A stretch of 64,000 nucleotides of DNA from Candidatus Woesebacteria bacterium RBG_13_46_13 (lineage in GTDB: Bacteria; Patescibacteriota; Microgenomatia; UBA8517): positions 26,895 through 90,894 of the forward strand of contig MGFR01000005.1 in the NCBI GenBank assembly GCA_001791995.1, given 5' to 3'. Below the pieces are notes generated by a model. That model searched no databases. It worked only from the letters and a program-made list of their open reading frames with translations, and was not told the origin of the DNA. The first letter of the stretch is position 1. Each line of letters opens with the position of its first letter. Shown one piece after another: positions 1 through 9,999 of the stretch. The position numbers and the translations under genes were made by a program.

Positions 1-742
1 ATGAGGCTACAATTTCCGGCTTCGGCCTAAAAAAAACTTCGGGAAAATAAAAGTCTTTCGGAAAGGGCCTACCAAGCTCGTATTTATATTTGATATCTCT
101 CTTGGGAACCTTACGGTCCTCCATAAGTCCGGAAGAGCGAATAAGATGGGTCAGGTGCATATACGACCGGTCGACAAACATCCTTTTTGCCGGGGTTCTC
201 CCCTGTATCAAGATATTGTTCTCGTCATAATACCCGTGCTGTCCGTGGGGTTTTGCAGTATAAAGGCCAGGAATACTCCTGTTAATAAATCTTATTGTCA
301 GATGTCCCACCCTCCCGTCTATTTTGTACATACCGGCTTCTTCTTCCTGATAATGATAAATGTCGCCTATTGGCAAAACCATCCTTACAACCACAGATTC
401 CATCCGATCGCCTTTTTCCTGAATTCTCCTTACAACTTCTTTAATCGATTCTTCCCACCAGACCTCATCCCCGTCCAATATCATAAACCAGTCCGAGGTT
501 GTCTCCTCGAGCATCTTTTGTCTTAAATCCGTATATCCCTGAGGGGTAACCTCACCAAACTCTTTAAAATCAATTTTTCCTGGATAGCGCTTTTGAATTT
601 CTTTGATTATTCTTGGAGTTTTATCCGTACTTCCCGTATCCCAAAGAAGAACTTTATCGACAAAATCGATTACACTTGTTACCGCATACCAGACATATCT
701 TTCTTCGTTTTTAACCAAAACATGGGCCCAGATACTCTTCAT
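1..742 (-). CDS. GT2-like glycosyltransferase, partial (3' end outside window); not in ORF track because no stop lies in the window
   Basis: Manual minus-strand translation from ATG at 742..740 reads MKSIWAHVLVKNEERYVWYAVTSVIDFVDKVLLWDTGSTDKTPRIIKEI...ILDGDEVWW with no stop down to position 1. GT2-like N-terminus (VxNEE, DTGSTD, DGDE/DxD). Start ATG overlaps the TGA stop of the upstream flippase gene (ATGA). Confidence 0.5.
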   Translation of the reverse strand, partial: MKSIWAHVLVKNEERYVWYAVTSVIDFVDKVLLWDTGSTDKTPRIIKEIQKRYPGKIDFKEFGEVTPQGYTDLRQKMLEETTSDWFMILDGDEVWWEESIKEVVRRIQEKGDRMESVVVRMVLPIGDIYHYQEEEAGMYKIDGRVGHLTIRFINRSIPGLYTAKPHGQHGYYDENNILIQGRTPAKRMFVDRSYMHLTHLIRSSGLMEDRKVPKRDIKYKYELGRPFPKDFYFPEVFFRPKPEIVAS

Positions 743-2019
743 TTATCAATCCAGTAGTATTTAACCACAATCGTCCAGGAATAGATCATCAAGATGGTAT
801 GAACCGCCCCGAAAGCAATCGTGGGACCTATCGGGCCATAAATTGGGATGAAGATGTAGTTCAGGGCAAAAATTGCGGCAAGCTGGAAAAAAGAGAAAAG
901 GCCGATGAATACGGTTTTTTTGAGCGCGTATATAATTGCCGTAACCGCAGGAACGGCAAGAAGATAGGGAATCATCGCGGCCGATAGGGCCTGGAAAACG
1001 GGGACGGACTCAATATATTTGACACCGAAAAGTAAAACAATGAACGGTTTCGCGATAATTATCCAAAATACTATCCCCACCGATGTCGCCAGAACCGCCA
1101 AGGTCGCCTTAATAAGGTAGCTTCTTTCCTTCTCCCTATTTTCGAAAGCTGCAAATCTCGGAGCCAGGACCGAAGAAAGACTGGAAGAAAGAACCACTAT
1201 GAAAGAGGATAGTTTTGCCGGTATCGAGTATATTCCTGTCGCAGCCGCTCCGGCTATCGCGGCAAGCATTTGAATATCAAGCTTCCCGGAAATTGAAGAA
1301 ATAATTCTATTTACTCCTAGCCAGCTGGAAAATTTCACCAACTTTAGGTATATGTCCTTCTTTGGTTTAGCTCTTAAAAAGCCAAGTCCTGTGAAGGCAA
1401 ATCCCACAATCCCTGCAATGGCAACGCTAATTGTAAAGGCGGCCAAGGTAGAATTGATTGTCAAAACTCCCGCTATTAAAAGAAAATAGGGGATAACCGC
1501 CTTAGGCAAGCTCAAGGAAACGTCGATAAGAACAGACTGCAGGAATTTCTTCTTCGCATGTAGGATCGAAGGGAGAAATCCCCAAATAACCGCAAGGAAG
1601 GATATGGCTGCCACCCAGTAGGAAATAGTTCTGTCGTTTGTTGCCAACCAACTTCTGGCAACAAAGGCGGCAAATAAAATCAAGAAAAGGACCAAAGGGA
1701 GAGTTGCGAGGACCTTTATCAAAAAGGCTGCTTTCGCATATTCATAGGCTTTGGCGATGTTGTCCCTCGAAAATTCTGCCGCCGCGAAGCTTATCAGCCC
1801 GGAGGAAATCCCCAAATCGGTAAGTGAAGAAACAATTACGATCAAGTTTGTGGCTGCGGAAAGTATTCCAAAATCCTCAACGCTCAAGGCTCTGGCAACG
1901 ATAACTGTAAAAACGAATCCCAAGAAAGCAGCAAATAAGTTGCCGCTGAATAAAATATATGTATCTCTGGCGGTTCCCGATCTAACAAGCCCGAATGCTC
2001 GACCGATATACTTTCTCAC
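739..2019 (-). CDS. Wzx-like oligosaccharide flippase (MOP/polysaccharide biosynthesis protein family)
   Basis: 426 aa, about 12 predicted TM helices. Overall composition and N-terminal region (RDTYILFSGNLFAAFLGFV...ARALSVEDFGI) are typical of the PST/Wzx family. Confidence 0.65.
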   Translation of the reverse strand: MRKYIGRAFGLVRSGTARDTYILFSGNLFAAFLGFVFTVIVARALSVEDFGILSAATNLIVIVSSLTDLGISSGLISFAAAEFSRDNIAKAYEYAKAAFLIKVLATLPLVLFLILFAAFVARSWLATNDRTISYWVAAISFLAVIWGFLPSILHAKKKFLQSVLIDVSLSLPKAVIPYFLLIAGVLTINSTLAAFTISVAIAGIVGFAFTGLGFLRAKPKKDIYLKLVKFSSWLGVNRIISSISGKLDIQMLAAIAGAAATGIYSIPAKLSSFIVVLSSSLSSVLAPRFAAFENREKERSYLIKATLAVLATSVGIVFWIIIAKPFIVLLFGVKYIESVPVFQALSAAMIPYLLAVPAVTAIIYALKKTVFIGLFSFFQLAAIFALNYIFIPIYGPIGPTIAFGAVHTILMIYSWTIVVKYYWIDK

Positions 2020-2762
2020 CTGATAATTTTACTACGAAATCCCCTCCCCCTTCTTAAGAGAAGTTTTGTAAGCTCCCGGAGGTACACAACAAGATTATCT
2101 AGATAGATAAGCACATATCCACGCTTCAATTTGTTTCTATTATTATTTACGAATTTTCTGTACTCCCCAATCAAGGAATGGAAATCCAAATCCTTTATTT
2201 CCTTGTACTTGATGTTGCCTTCCCAATAATGGACAAGCTCGGTCTCCCCCAACCATTTCTTAAAATGAAACTCGCCGCTATAAAGCAGCGGATAGTTCTT
2301 GGGCATAACAACCATCTTGCCGGTTTCCTTAAAGAATAACCACTTGTGATGTCCTAACCCCGGTACTCTTCTCGCCCCAGTTGCCCAGTCGGTAAAGTCC
2401 ACATGAGAAAAGACCATATCCGTCCCCATTGAGGGAGTAATTATCAATCCCCTTTTGGCAACCCGGCTCATTTCCTCTAGCGCTAAAAAGGGGTAAGGTA
2501 AATCCTCAAGTGTGTGACTGCAAATGCAAAAATCGAATTCCTTATCCTTAAAGGGAAATTTATATTTAACGATATCGAGCTTTACAAAATTCTTCGCAAG
2601 GAGCTTTGACCGACCATAGGGTGCATCCTCCGGTCGTATGACGTCAATTAGTGTATGCACCTTGAGGTCTTGATGTTGTTTCATGCTTCCGCCAACATCG
2701 AGAATTTTATCTGTTGGCTTAATCCTAAACTTTTCGATAATCTGTCTATCAGTTAACGGCAT
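2016..2762 (-). CDS. probable class I SAM-dependent methyltransferase
   Basis: Gly-rich motif ILDVGGS near the N-terminus and an acidic residue after beta2 (LIDVIRPED). 4-nt overlap with the downstream gene. Confidence 0.45.
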   Translation of the reverse strand: MPLTDRQIIEKFRIKPTDKILDVGGSMKQHQDLKVHTLIDVIRPEDAPYGRSKLLAKNFVKLDIVKYKFPFKDKEFDFCICSHTLEDLPYPFLALEEMSRVAKRGLIITPSMGTDMVFSHVDFTDWATGARRVPGLGHHKWLFFKETGKMVVMPKNYPLLYSGEFHFKKWLGETELVHYWEGNIKYKEIKDLDFHSLIGEYRKFVNNNRNKLKRGYVLIYLDNLVVYLRELTKLLLRRGRGFRSKIIR

Positions 2763-2764
2763 AT

Positions 2765-4363
2765 TTATTTTCTGACAAGAAGAACCGCTCGGCTACCCTG
2801 CTGTTCATAGGTTTCCGAAGATGACACCGAAAACTCTCCGGCGAGTTTATAATTTTCGGATATATATTTATCCTGGATATGTCTGGGGTTTTCTAATATC
2901 TGTCTCCATTCCTGTCCCATATAATAATTTTCGTCATCGATGAGATAATCCGTGATGTATATTGCGTCGACTCTTTCTCCAACATCCTTAAGCATTTCGG
3001 TCTTCAGAGGATACCAGATGGTTTTTCTTTCTCCATACCAGCTTCCCCACGTATCAAGATTCGTCAGAACAACATCGTCCGGTTTTGTGTTTTCCTTTAA
3101 AACCCGAGAGAGCTGTACATAAACCGGCGTTTTGTCTTTATTTAGGCTTTTCGATATAAATCTCGAGTCAAGAAATAGCACGCCCAACGTTTGCCCTACC
3201 ACAAAAAACAGAATTAAGAATGAGGAGGCGAAAGTTATGATTCCTGATTTGTGTTTGATCAATAGCGCTCTCGCCTTTCCATCCGCAACCGGCAGTGAGC
3301 TATCGATTGCTTTTCCGATAATCCAAACTAAAGTTGCTGTGGCTAAGAGATAGACCAATGGGACAACCGGGTGTATATAGCGATACAACGGAATAGTAAT
3401 AGCGCTGGCGGCAAAGGTTAACGCAACGATAATAATAGTTGTAACCTTAAACGAATTCTCTGCCCGCCCTCTTCCCCAAATCAAAATTCCGATGAAAAAT
3501 AGCGCCCACATATATGGAGAGGCGGTTTGGGGGAGAAGTTTATAAAAGTTGTACAGATTGTAAAGCAGCTTTTTAACAATTGCTAAGAAATTCACATCCT
3601 GCACAACTCCTCTGAGGGATACCGAGGAAGAAATCCCGGGTAGAGTCTGGGTTATTGCAAAAATACCCTGATAGGATTTGGCAAAAAAGACTAGAATTCC
3701 CAAGATAGAAACTACCACGAAATACTTAATCGCACTTTTCAAGGAGTAGTTAAGCAGAAAAAAGAAAAGCAAAAGACCAAATATAAATATTATCGATTGT
3801 GCTTTGGTGAAATACATTAAAACCAACACAAGTATTCCAATTAAATTTGCCCATCTTTTTCTCAATAAAATCAAATAAGCAGCTAGTAAGATCTCAAAAA
3901 TGAAAAGTGACTCCGATGCCCCACTGGTTGCATAACTTAAAAGGCTGACGTTAAAGCACCCCGCCACTGCGGAAAGAATCCCGACCCTCTCTCTAAACAA
4001 CCGTTTCCCGAGCAAATAAATAAGAACAATTGACCCTATGAAAAATATTGTCGAGACTGCAATCACTGACGAATCGGAGACGCCCAAAAAGGAGAACATT
4101 AGGGCAATTGCCAGGGGCATAACGGGAGGAACGTAGAGAGCTGAATATATACCCATTTCGGTAGTTGGAACAGGAGGGCTAAAAAAACGAAATGAAGACC
4201 CGTACCCTTTACCTTGGACAATATTTCTTGCAATATCTGCAAATTTTGCCCCATCGGAAAAAGTAAGATATGGACTCGAAGTGTATTTATGAAATATATA
4301 GGGGACGAAAACCGAGAGTATAATTATAAGAATCAACAGAACGTATTTTTTCCGAACAAACAT
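2765..4363 (-). CDS. polytopic membrane protein, GT-C-fold glycosyltransferase-like (ArnT/PMT-like topology) with C-terminal soluble domain
   Basis: 532 aa with more than 10 hydrophobic helices. First-loop acidic motif (TFSDGAKFADIARN); hydrophilic C-terminal 130 aa. Confidence 0.45.
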   Translation of the reverse strand: MFVRKKYVLLILIIILSVFVPYIFHKYTSSPYLTFSDGAKFADIARNIVQGKGYGSSFRFFSPPVPTTEMGIYSALYVPPVMPLAIALMFSFLGVSDSSVIAVSTIFFIGSIVLIYLLGKRLFRERVGILSAVAGCFNVSLLSYATSGASESLFIFEILLAAYLILLRKRWANLIGILVLVLMYFTKAQSIIFIFGLLLFFFLLNYSLKSAIKYFVVVSILGILVFFAKSYQGIFAITQTLPGISSSVSLRGVVQDVNFLAIVKKLLYNLYNFYKLLPQTASPYMWALFFIGILIWGRGRAENSFKVTTIIIVALTFAASAITIPLYRYIHPVVPLVYLLATATLVWIIGKAIDSSLPVADGKARALLIKHKSGIITFASSFLILFFVVGQTLGVLFLDSRFISKSLNKDKTPVYVQLSRVLKENTKPDDVVLTNLDTWGSWYGERKTIWYPLKTEMLKDVGERVDAIYITDYLIDDENYYMGQEWRQILENPRHIQDKYISENYKLAGEFSVSSSETYEQQGSRAVLLVRK

Positions 4364-4369
4364 GACTGA

Positions 4370-5056
4370 TTATATCATTGGAGTTGCCTGCTTTTCTGCC
4401 TCAAGAATTAAACCGTAATTCTTCTCGACCTTCGATATTCCGTCAATTCTGCTCGATAGACGCTTCTTTTTTAGAATATTCTTAAATCCGGCTTTTAACA
4501 GATGGTGCCGAAGCGAATCCTCGTCATACATCCATTTGTGTGTATGGAAATCCTGCAAACTTAGGAGTATTTGATAAAAAATGTTCCCGCTTCGTCTCGT
4601 CGGGGTCCTTAATCGCATTTTGTTCATCATAGAATCCGCCGCAGGAATTTCCTCTTCTTTCGTTTCGCCTAAATAAGACAAAACCTGTTTCCTTAGGTCA
4701 GGAACCATTAATCTTAATATCCCTCCCTTTATTAGGATTCTATGACAGTCTATTAGTAGTCTATCGGCATCATCGAGGTATAGATGTTCTAGTAGATGCG
4801 ATGAATAGATTGCTACAACTGAATTGTCTCGAAAGGGCAACCTCTTCCTAACATCGTGAATAATTATACTTTTGTTCCATTTAATATTAGCAATTTTTTG
4901 TGGAATAATACCGATAACGCCCAGCAATTTCCGGAGGCGTCTCATTCTCCCAAATCTCGCATTTAAAGAGCCATCAATATTAATCCACCCCGACGGAGTT
5001 ACCGTCCCGCAGCCCAAATGGATACGCAATCGTTTACTCTTGGACATAATGTTCAA
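4370..5056 (-). CDS. class I SAM-dependent methyltransferase (Methyltransf_11-like)
   Basis: Motif I HLGCGTVTPSGWINID; acidic motif SHLLEHL; LIKGGILRL. Confidence 0.6.
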   Translation of the reverse strand: MNIMSKSKRLRIHLGCGTVTPSGWINIDGSLNARFGRMRRLRKLLGVIGIIPQKIANIKWNKSIIIHDVRKRLPFRDNSVVAIYSSHLLEHLYLDDADRLLIDCHRILIKGGILRLMVPDLRKQVLSYLGETKEEEIPAADSMMNKMRLRTPTRRSGNIFYQILLSLQDFHTHKWMYDEDSLRHHLLKAGFKNILKKKRLSSRIDGISKVEKNYGLILEAEKQATPMI

Positions 5057-5127
5057 GCATTTTAGCTCTTGGCTTTAACAGTTCCAACTTTATATTTTAA
5101 GCCCATCGTGTTATTCTGTCGAATAAA
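5057..5127. promoter_or_regulatory. divergent intergenic region between methyltransferase genes (probable promoters)
   Basis: 71-bp AT-rich gap between divergently oriented CDSs; tatatttt/ttaag elements. Confidence 0.2.
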
Positions 5128-5841
5128 ATGAGGGTCAAGAATTTTTTTCGTTCTTCTCTATTTAATGACGTACTGGGCATTACCGGCCTAAGGCCTATTA
5201 TCACTGCTTTCAGGGTGTTGTTCAAACTTGAGCGTGATATGGGGCATTTTAAATCTTCTGCGAGGTGGTCCTCTGTCGACAAGTCAGGTAATCCCATACC
5301 TTGGTATTCTTATCCATCAATCGAGTTTCTAAAAACCCTGGATTTACGAAGAAAAAGTGTTTTCGAGTTCGGTTCCGGAAATTCCACTCTATACTTCTCA
5401 ACAAAGGCAAAGAAGGTTACAAGCGTGGAAAGCTCGGAAAGGTGGTATTTAAATATTAAGGAGAAAACCAGAAGAAGAAAAAATGTTACCCTCATTTACG
5501 CTCCATTAAAAAATGGGTACACAAATGCAATCTCTTCTAACAGAGCACGGTTTGACATTATTATAGTCGATGGAGCATTTCGAAAAAATACCGCAACTAT
5601 CGCTCTTAGGAAACTGAAAAGAGACGGTTTTATAATTCTTGATAACGCTGACTGGTTCCCCAATACTGCCGAATTTTTAAGGAGTAGGGGTCTGACGGAA
5701 GTTGACTTTACAGGATTTGGGCCAATCACCCCCTATCGCACTACAACAAGCATGTTCTTTTCAAGGCATACAATATTTAAGTATTTGGCGAAATCCCATC
5801 CTCCAACTCCTATCGGTGGCATCCACCAAATTACTGATTAG
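5128..5841 (+). CDS. SAM-dependent methyltransferase (TylF/CmcI-like class I fold), likely sugar O-methyltransferase
   Basis: Motif I VFEFGSGNSTLYF, then IIIVDGAF... and ILDNADWF. One of only four plus-strand genes. Confidence 0.5.
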   Translation: MRVKNFFRSSLFNDVLGITGLRPIITAFRVLFKLERDMGHFKSSARWSSVDKSGNPIPWYSYPSIEFLKTLDLRRKSVFEFGSGNSTLYFSTKAKKVTSVESSERWYLNIKEKTRRRKNVTLIYAPLKNGYTNAISSNRARFDIIIVDGAFRKNTATIALRKLKRDGFIILDNADWFPNTAEFLRSRGLTEVDFTGFGPITPYRTTTSMFFSRHTIFKYLAKSHPPTPIGGIHQITD

Positions 5842-5952
5842 CTTGTACCTTGAGTAAAACTTCTCCTGCGTATTTTCTCAATTCAGGAAGTGAACAACAA
5901 TAATCCTTAATCTATCAAGTCTGCCCCCAATAAATAGAACTAGAACATACCT

Positions 5953-7092
5953 TCAATTGGATTTTAATGAATGGACTTCTAAGGATTTGATAGTTTTTGC
6001 AACTCTTATCATTTGATTTTCTGTAATTGCTAATCCGGAAGGCAGGTATAGACCTCTAGTTGCGATGTCTTCGGCTATCGGAAAATTTTCAGTTTTATTC
6101 AAATATTTCTTTAACACTGGTTGATCTTTCGGAGGATAGAAGAAATCCCTCGTATCAATACCCTTTTCCTTAAGTCTATCCCTTAACTCATCCTTTGTAA
6201 TTCCGATCTTTTCCGGATCGACCAATACTGAATACATCCAGTAAACGTTGGTTGCGTACCTTTTGGTAATAGGAGTCCTTACTCCGGGAATATCTTTCAA
6301 TAGTAATCCGTAAAGATTAGCCATGTATTGTTTCTTAAGGAGATATTCTTCTACGTGTTCCAACTGGCCACACCCTAAGGCTGCCTGGAGATTTGTTAAT
6401 CGGTAATTAAAACCAACCCCGTCGTGAATAAAACGTTTTTCTGTCGAATGGTGTAAATCTTTAAATTTTCGAGCCGCCTCAGCTAACTTTTCATCATTGG
6501 TCACTACCATTCCACCCTCTCCCGTTGTCACAATTTTGTTCCCATAGAAACTGAAACAGTTAACTACTCCAAAAGAACCTACTTTCTTACCTCTGTAGGT
6601 GGCACCATGAGCTTCTGCCGCATCCTCGACAACAAAGAGCTTGTGCTTTTTTGCAATCTTCATTATCGGGTCCATATCTGCGGGATGTCCATAAATGTGT
6701 ACCGGCATTATGGCTTTCGTCTTTTTTGTAATTTTTTTTTCAATCAGTTTCGGGTCAATGCAATAAGTTTCGGGCTCACAGTCCACAAAAACAGGTTTGG
6801 CGCCGACAAATATTACTGCCAGCCAAGAGGCGGCCATGGTAAAGGCGGGGATAATTACTTCATCTCCGGGGCCTATTCCCAAAGAAAGAAGGGCTACGTG
6901 TAGTGCTGCAGTACCGTTAGAAACCGCTACCGCGTATTTTGTTCCGATATACTCTGCGAACTTCTCTTCAAAAAGGCCTACATACTTCCCGGCAGAGGAG
7001 ACCCACCCCGTATTGAGAGCGTCATTGACGTAAATCTTTGCTTCCTCGGAAATTACTGGTTCGTTAACTGGAATGAAATCATCCATGTTCAT
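5953..7092 (-). CDS. DegT/DnrJ/EryC1/StrS-family PLP-dependent sugar aminotransferase
   Basis: Strong family signature: DEVIIPAFT, HIYGHPADMD, VVEDAAEAHGATYRGKKVGSFG, and FYGNKIVTTGEGGMV (a K within 'FYGNK' is the likely PLP lysine). Confidence 0.85.
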   Translation of the reverse strand: MNMDDFIPVNEPVISEEAKIYVNDALNTGWVSSAGKYVGLFEEKFAEYIGTKYAVAVSNGTAALHVALLSLGIGPGDEVIIPAFTMAASWLAVIFVGAKPVFVDCEPETYCIDPKLIEKKITKKTKAIMPVHIYGHPADMDPIMKIAKKHKLFVVEDAAEAHGATYRGKKVGSFGVVNCFSFYGNKIVTTGEGGMVVTNDEKLAEAARKFKDLHHSTEKRFIHDGVGFNYRLTNLQAALGCGQLEHVEEYLLKKQYMANLYGLLLKDIPGVRTPITKRYATNVYWMYSVLVDPEKIGITKDELRDRLKEKGIDTRDFFYPPKDQPVLKKYLNKTENFPIAEDIATRGLYLPSGLAITENQMIRVAKTIKSLEVHSLKSN

Positions 7093-7498
7093 GCTTTCTG
7101 TAGATTTTTGCCTTTTTTTCTCCGGGGTAAGGTCCTTGCTTTATTTCGATTAGTCTGCTCTTTTTAAGAATTTTCAAACCATGCCCTCCTGAAATAAAGA
7201 GAATAAAATCACCCGCTGAAAGAATTACCGATTTTACCTTTCTCCACTGCTCCGAATAAAGGTTCACGCGTACTTTGCCTTTTTCCAAATATAGGAATTC
7301 CTGCGTGGTATCCACCTTGTACTTGATATCTTGTCGGTGAATATGGTCTCTAATTATTTTGCCCGCGGGGTGCTCGATAAGCCCCAATTGAAGCGTATAG
7401 TCATCGGGGGTAAGAAAATTGACTCCATCTGCCCCTAGTTCCTTTCGAAAGATGTGGGCAATTACCTTACCTTTATATTCAATTGTTTCTTGTAGCAT
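7079..7498 (-). CDS. small cupin-fold protein (WxcM/WbuC-like, sugar-nucleotide modifying accessory protein?)
   Basis: 139 aa; cupin motif HPAGKIIRDHIH...; sits between the DegT aminotransferase and a GT4. Confidence 0.4.
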   Translation of the reverse strand: MLQETIEYKGKVIAHIFRKELGADGVNFLTPDDYTLQLGLIEHPAGKIIRDHIHRQDIKYKVDTTQEFLYLEKGKVRVNLYSEQWRKVKSVILSAGDFILFISGGHGLKILKKSRLIEIKQGPYPGEKKAKIYRKHEHG

Positions 7499-8735
7499 TT
7501 TCGTCTTTAAAATCTTTTAGCACACCACTTATTGTCCTTTCAAAGTCTTTATTGTCCCAAAGTTTGAGTCTTTCCCTCCCCTTCCTTGCTAAGTCTTTCC
7601 TTAATTTTGGACTAGTATAGACCTTAAGAATTCCATCGGCAATATCTTTTGGATTCTTTGGATTAATTAAAAGGCCTGCATTTCCTAATTGTTCTCTACA
7701 CCCCCTGATATCAGAATAAAGAACCGGTGTTCCCATGGTCCACGCCTCATATACGGGAATATTTGTTGGCCCTAATAAGGTTGGCATAACCATTGCGGTA
7801 GCATTTTTGTATATTACAGATAGCTCTTCATTATCAACATACCCGAGATAAATGATATCTTTCTCAAGTTTATTATTCTTGATAAATTTTATGACCTCTT
7901 CAAAAGTACTATAATCTGCTGCTTTTGAGCCTGTAAGAATTAACTTAATGTCTATGTGTTTTGTCTTTAATTGTTTGACAGCTTTTATCAAATTTATATG
8001 GTTTTTATGCGGCCAGAATTTTGCGGGGTAAAAAATATAAGAATCTGGAAGATTAAGTTTCTTTAATATATTCCTTTCTTGGTTTCTTGTAATTTTGATG
8101 TTTAAATAAGATGGCGGAATATAGGGAAGAACCACAATTTTATCGGTCTTGATTTTATAATATCGTTTCAAATTTTCCTTTAATGTACCTGAGTCTACAA
8201 ATATCTTGTACGCTTTTCGGGAAACATTAGTAAGACCATATTCACGGTATTCCCATCGACCACCTGCGGTTGCTTCTTTAAGCTTAGGTTTGTTTCTGTG
8301 ACCTAAGTCGTAAACGGTAACAACCGAAGGAATATCGACAAGAAAAGATAAATAAGTTAACGAAGGGAAAAATATGATATCCAGTTTGTGCTTTCCCAGA
8401 AGTGCAATCAAGCCTCGCTGGCTTATTTTATAGAGAAACTCTATTAATGGGAAAAGGCCCATTTTGTAAACAAAAGAAAAAAAATTAAAAGGGAGATTCC
8501 CCAAGATATTCGAAATCAATCCTCTTAATAGATATAGATTCCTTGGAGACTTACTATAGAGGTTTATTAATCTGACGTTTTTCCTCTTAAAAATATCTTG
8601 TGGATAATCTGGGGAAACCGAGTAGATGAAGTATTGATTATTTGGAATCTTTACTAAAGCCTCCACCATCGACACGCAATATTGATAGGCGCCACCTTGG
8701 CTTTTTTGGGGAGTAAAGAATATACCAACTCTCAT
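7479..8735 (-). CDS. GT4-family (GT-B) glycosyltransferase
   Basis: C-terminal GT-B half with ...ILTGSK..., YLGYVDNEEL, PTLLGPTNIPVYEAWTMGTPVLYSD (E-x7-E-like). Confidence 0.6.
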   Translation of the reverse strand: MRVGIFFTPQKSQGGAYQYCVSMVEALVKIPNNQYFIYSVSPDYPQDIFKRKNVRLINLYSKSPRNLYLLRGLISNILGNLPFNFFSFVYKMGLFPLIEFLYKISQRGLIALLGKHKLDIIFFPSLTYLSFLVDIPSVVTVYDLGHRNKPKLKEATAGGRWEYREYGLTNVSRKAYKIFVDSGTLKENLKRYYKIKTDKIVVLPYIPPSYLNIKITRNQERNILKKLNLPDSYIFYPAKFWPHKNHINLIKAVKQLKTKHIDIKLILTGSKAADYSTFEEVIKFIKNNKLEKDIIYLGYVDNEELSVIYKNATAMVMPTLLGPTNIPVYEAWTMGTPVLYSDIRGCREQLGNAGLLINPKNPKDIADGILKVYTSPKLRKDLARKGRERLKLWDNKDFERTISGVLKDFKDENATRNN

Positions 8736-9502
8736 TTAGTTTTTCTTGCTACCACGAAGATGTCCCACTTGTCGTCTGCAATTTTGGATTTTACCTCAAG
8801 AAAATTTGATACGTTTACCAATTCAAAACCCGCTTTCTCCAAAAAGTAACCAAGTTCGGGAATTGACCAGAATCTCATCGGGTGAACTTCTGTAACAACA
8901 TCTTTAAGCTCCGAGCCGACGATATCCATTACCTTAAACGAAATTTCAATTAGATTTTTTTCTAAATAGAGCTTGGAAGAAGTTAATCTGACGATATGTC
9001 TATCCCCAATAACTAACTCCTTAATCCGGTCGGTCGGACGATCCTTTAGAACAGCAGGTCCGTGCCAACAATCAAACATTAATAATCCCCCAATGTTCAA
9101 GCTTCTGTTTACGTTTTTAAGCATATTTTCAAACTGTTTATTTTCTGTCTGGTAACCAACTACATTAAACATAGATATTCCGCAGTCGAACTTACGTGAG
9201 GCTTTAAACTTACCAACATCTGCTTTTGTTAGTTGAACCCTTTTCCCCAACCTTTGTACGTCGATCTTCTTTTGAAAGGCCGACAGCATTGTCTCCGACC
9301 TGTCTATTCCTAAAATCTGATACCCTTTTTTTGCTAGTAAGACTTCGTGGTTTCCAGAACCGCATCCCAAACTGATGATGCTTGCTGCTTTTTTCTTGGA
9401 AAATCTTTTTATCATCTTCTGAATAAAATGAACCTCCTCGGGGTAATTCTTGTCCCTATATATCAAATCGTAGTATTGGGAATATTTGCCAAAATTACTC
9501 AT
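8732..9502 (-). CDS. class I SAM-dependent methyltransferase
   Basis: Motif I ISLGCGSGNHEVLLAKKGYQILGIDRSETML; 4-nt overlap with the upstream gene. Confidence 0.75.
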   Translation of the reverse strand: MSNFGKYSQYYDLIYRDKNYPEEVHFIQKMIKRFSKKKAASIISLGCGSGNHEVLLAKKGYQILGIDRSETMLSAFQKKIDVQRLGKRVQLTKADVGKFKASRKFDCGISMFNVVGYQTENKQFENMLKNVNRSLNIGGLLMFDCWHGPAVLKDRPTDRIKELVIGDRHIVRLTSSKLYLEKNLIEISFKVMDIVGSELKDVVTEVHPMRFWSIPELGYFLEKAGFELVNVSNFLEVKSKIADDKWDIFVVARKTK

Positions 9503-9999
9503 TTGCGTACTTTCCTCGATGAAATAAACTCGATATTGTTCCCATCTGGGTCCTTAGCATAGACCATATATCTTCCTTTATTCGGACCTGCTGGAATAAC
9601 AAGCGGATCGGAAATAATTAATCCACCTTGAAGCTTAAAACGGACGATGAAGTTTAAAAAATCATTAACTTCAAAACAGATATGTGCACTTCCTATGTTA
9701 TTTGTGGCGCTGTTTAGTTTTTTACCTTTTGGGTTAACGTATTCCACCAATTCGAGGTAACAATTCTCACCTTTTAAGTAGGCGATTTTCAGATGAGCAT
9801 TGGGTATCCCAGTGGCCTTACCCGCAAAAGAAGATTTTCTGTCAGAAATATCCATCAAGATAAGATTACATGCGGTTTCATAAAATCTAACAGATTTTCG
9901 CACACTACCTACCGTATAGCTTAAGTGATTTATTTTGTTAGGCATCCTGGTAGGTAAGGGTCTCGCTTTTGAGTAAACTAGCACAATTCTTTCGACCAT
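9499..9999 (-). CDS. VOC-family (glyoxalase/bleomycin-resistance fold) protein
   Basis: Beta-alpha-beta-beta-beta modules (INHLSYTVGSVRKSVRFYE..., GSAHICFEVNDF..., DPDGNNIEF). Real start is probably the internal ATG near 9945 (MPNKINHL...), giving a short overlap with the cyclase gene. Confidence 0.6.
   Translation of the reverse strand: MVERIVLVYSKARPLPTRMPNKINHLSYTVGSVRKSVRFYETACNLILMDISDRKSSFAGKATGIPNAHLKIAYLKGENCYLELVEYVNPKGKKLNSATNNIGSAHICFEVNDFLNFIVRFKLQGGLIISDPLVIPAGPNKGRYMVYAKDPDGNNIEFISSRKVRK

Noticed and set aside
146-526. 126-aa plus-strand ORF at the window start
   Set aside because: The protein is low-complexity and Pro/Phe-rich with no recognisable fold. The opposite strand in the same interval encodes a well-formed GT2-like protein (MKSIWAHVLVKNEE...ILDGDEVWW) running off the window edge, so the plus ORF is a shadow ORF.
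5842-5952. Possible bidirectional terminator in the 110-bp convergent gap between the plus-strand methyltransferase and DegT
   Set aside because: I could find only 4-bp inverted repeats by eye, with no convincing GC-rich stem plus U-tract.
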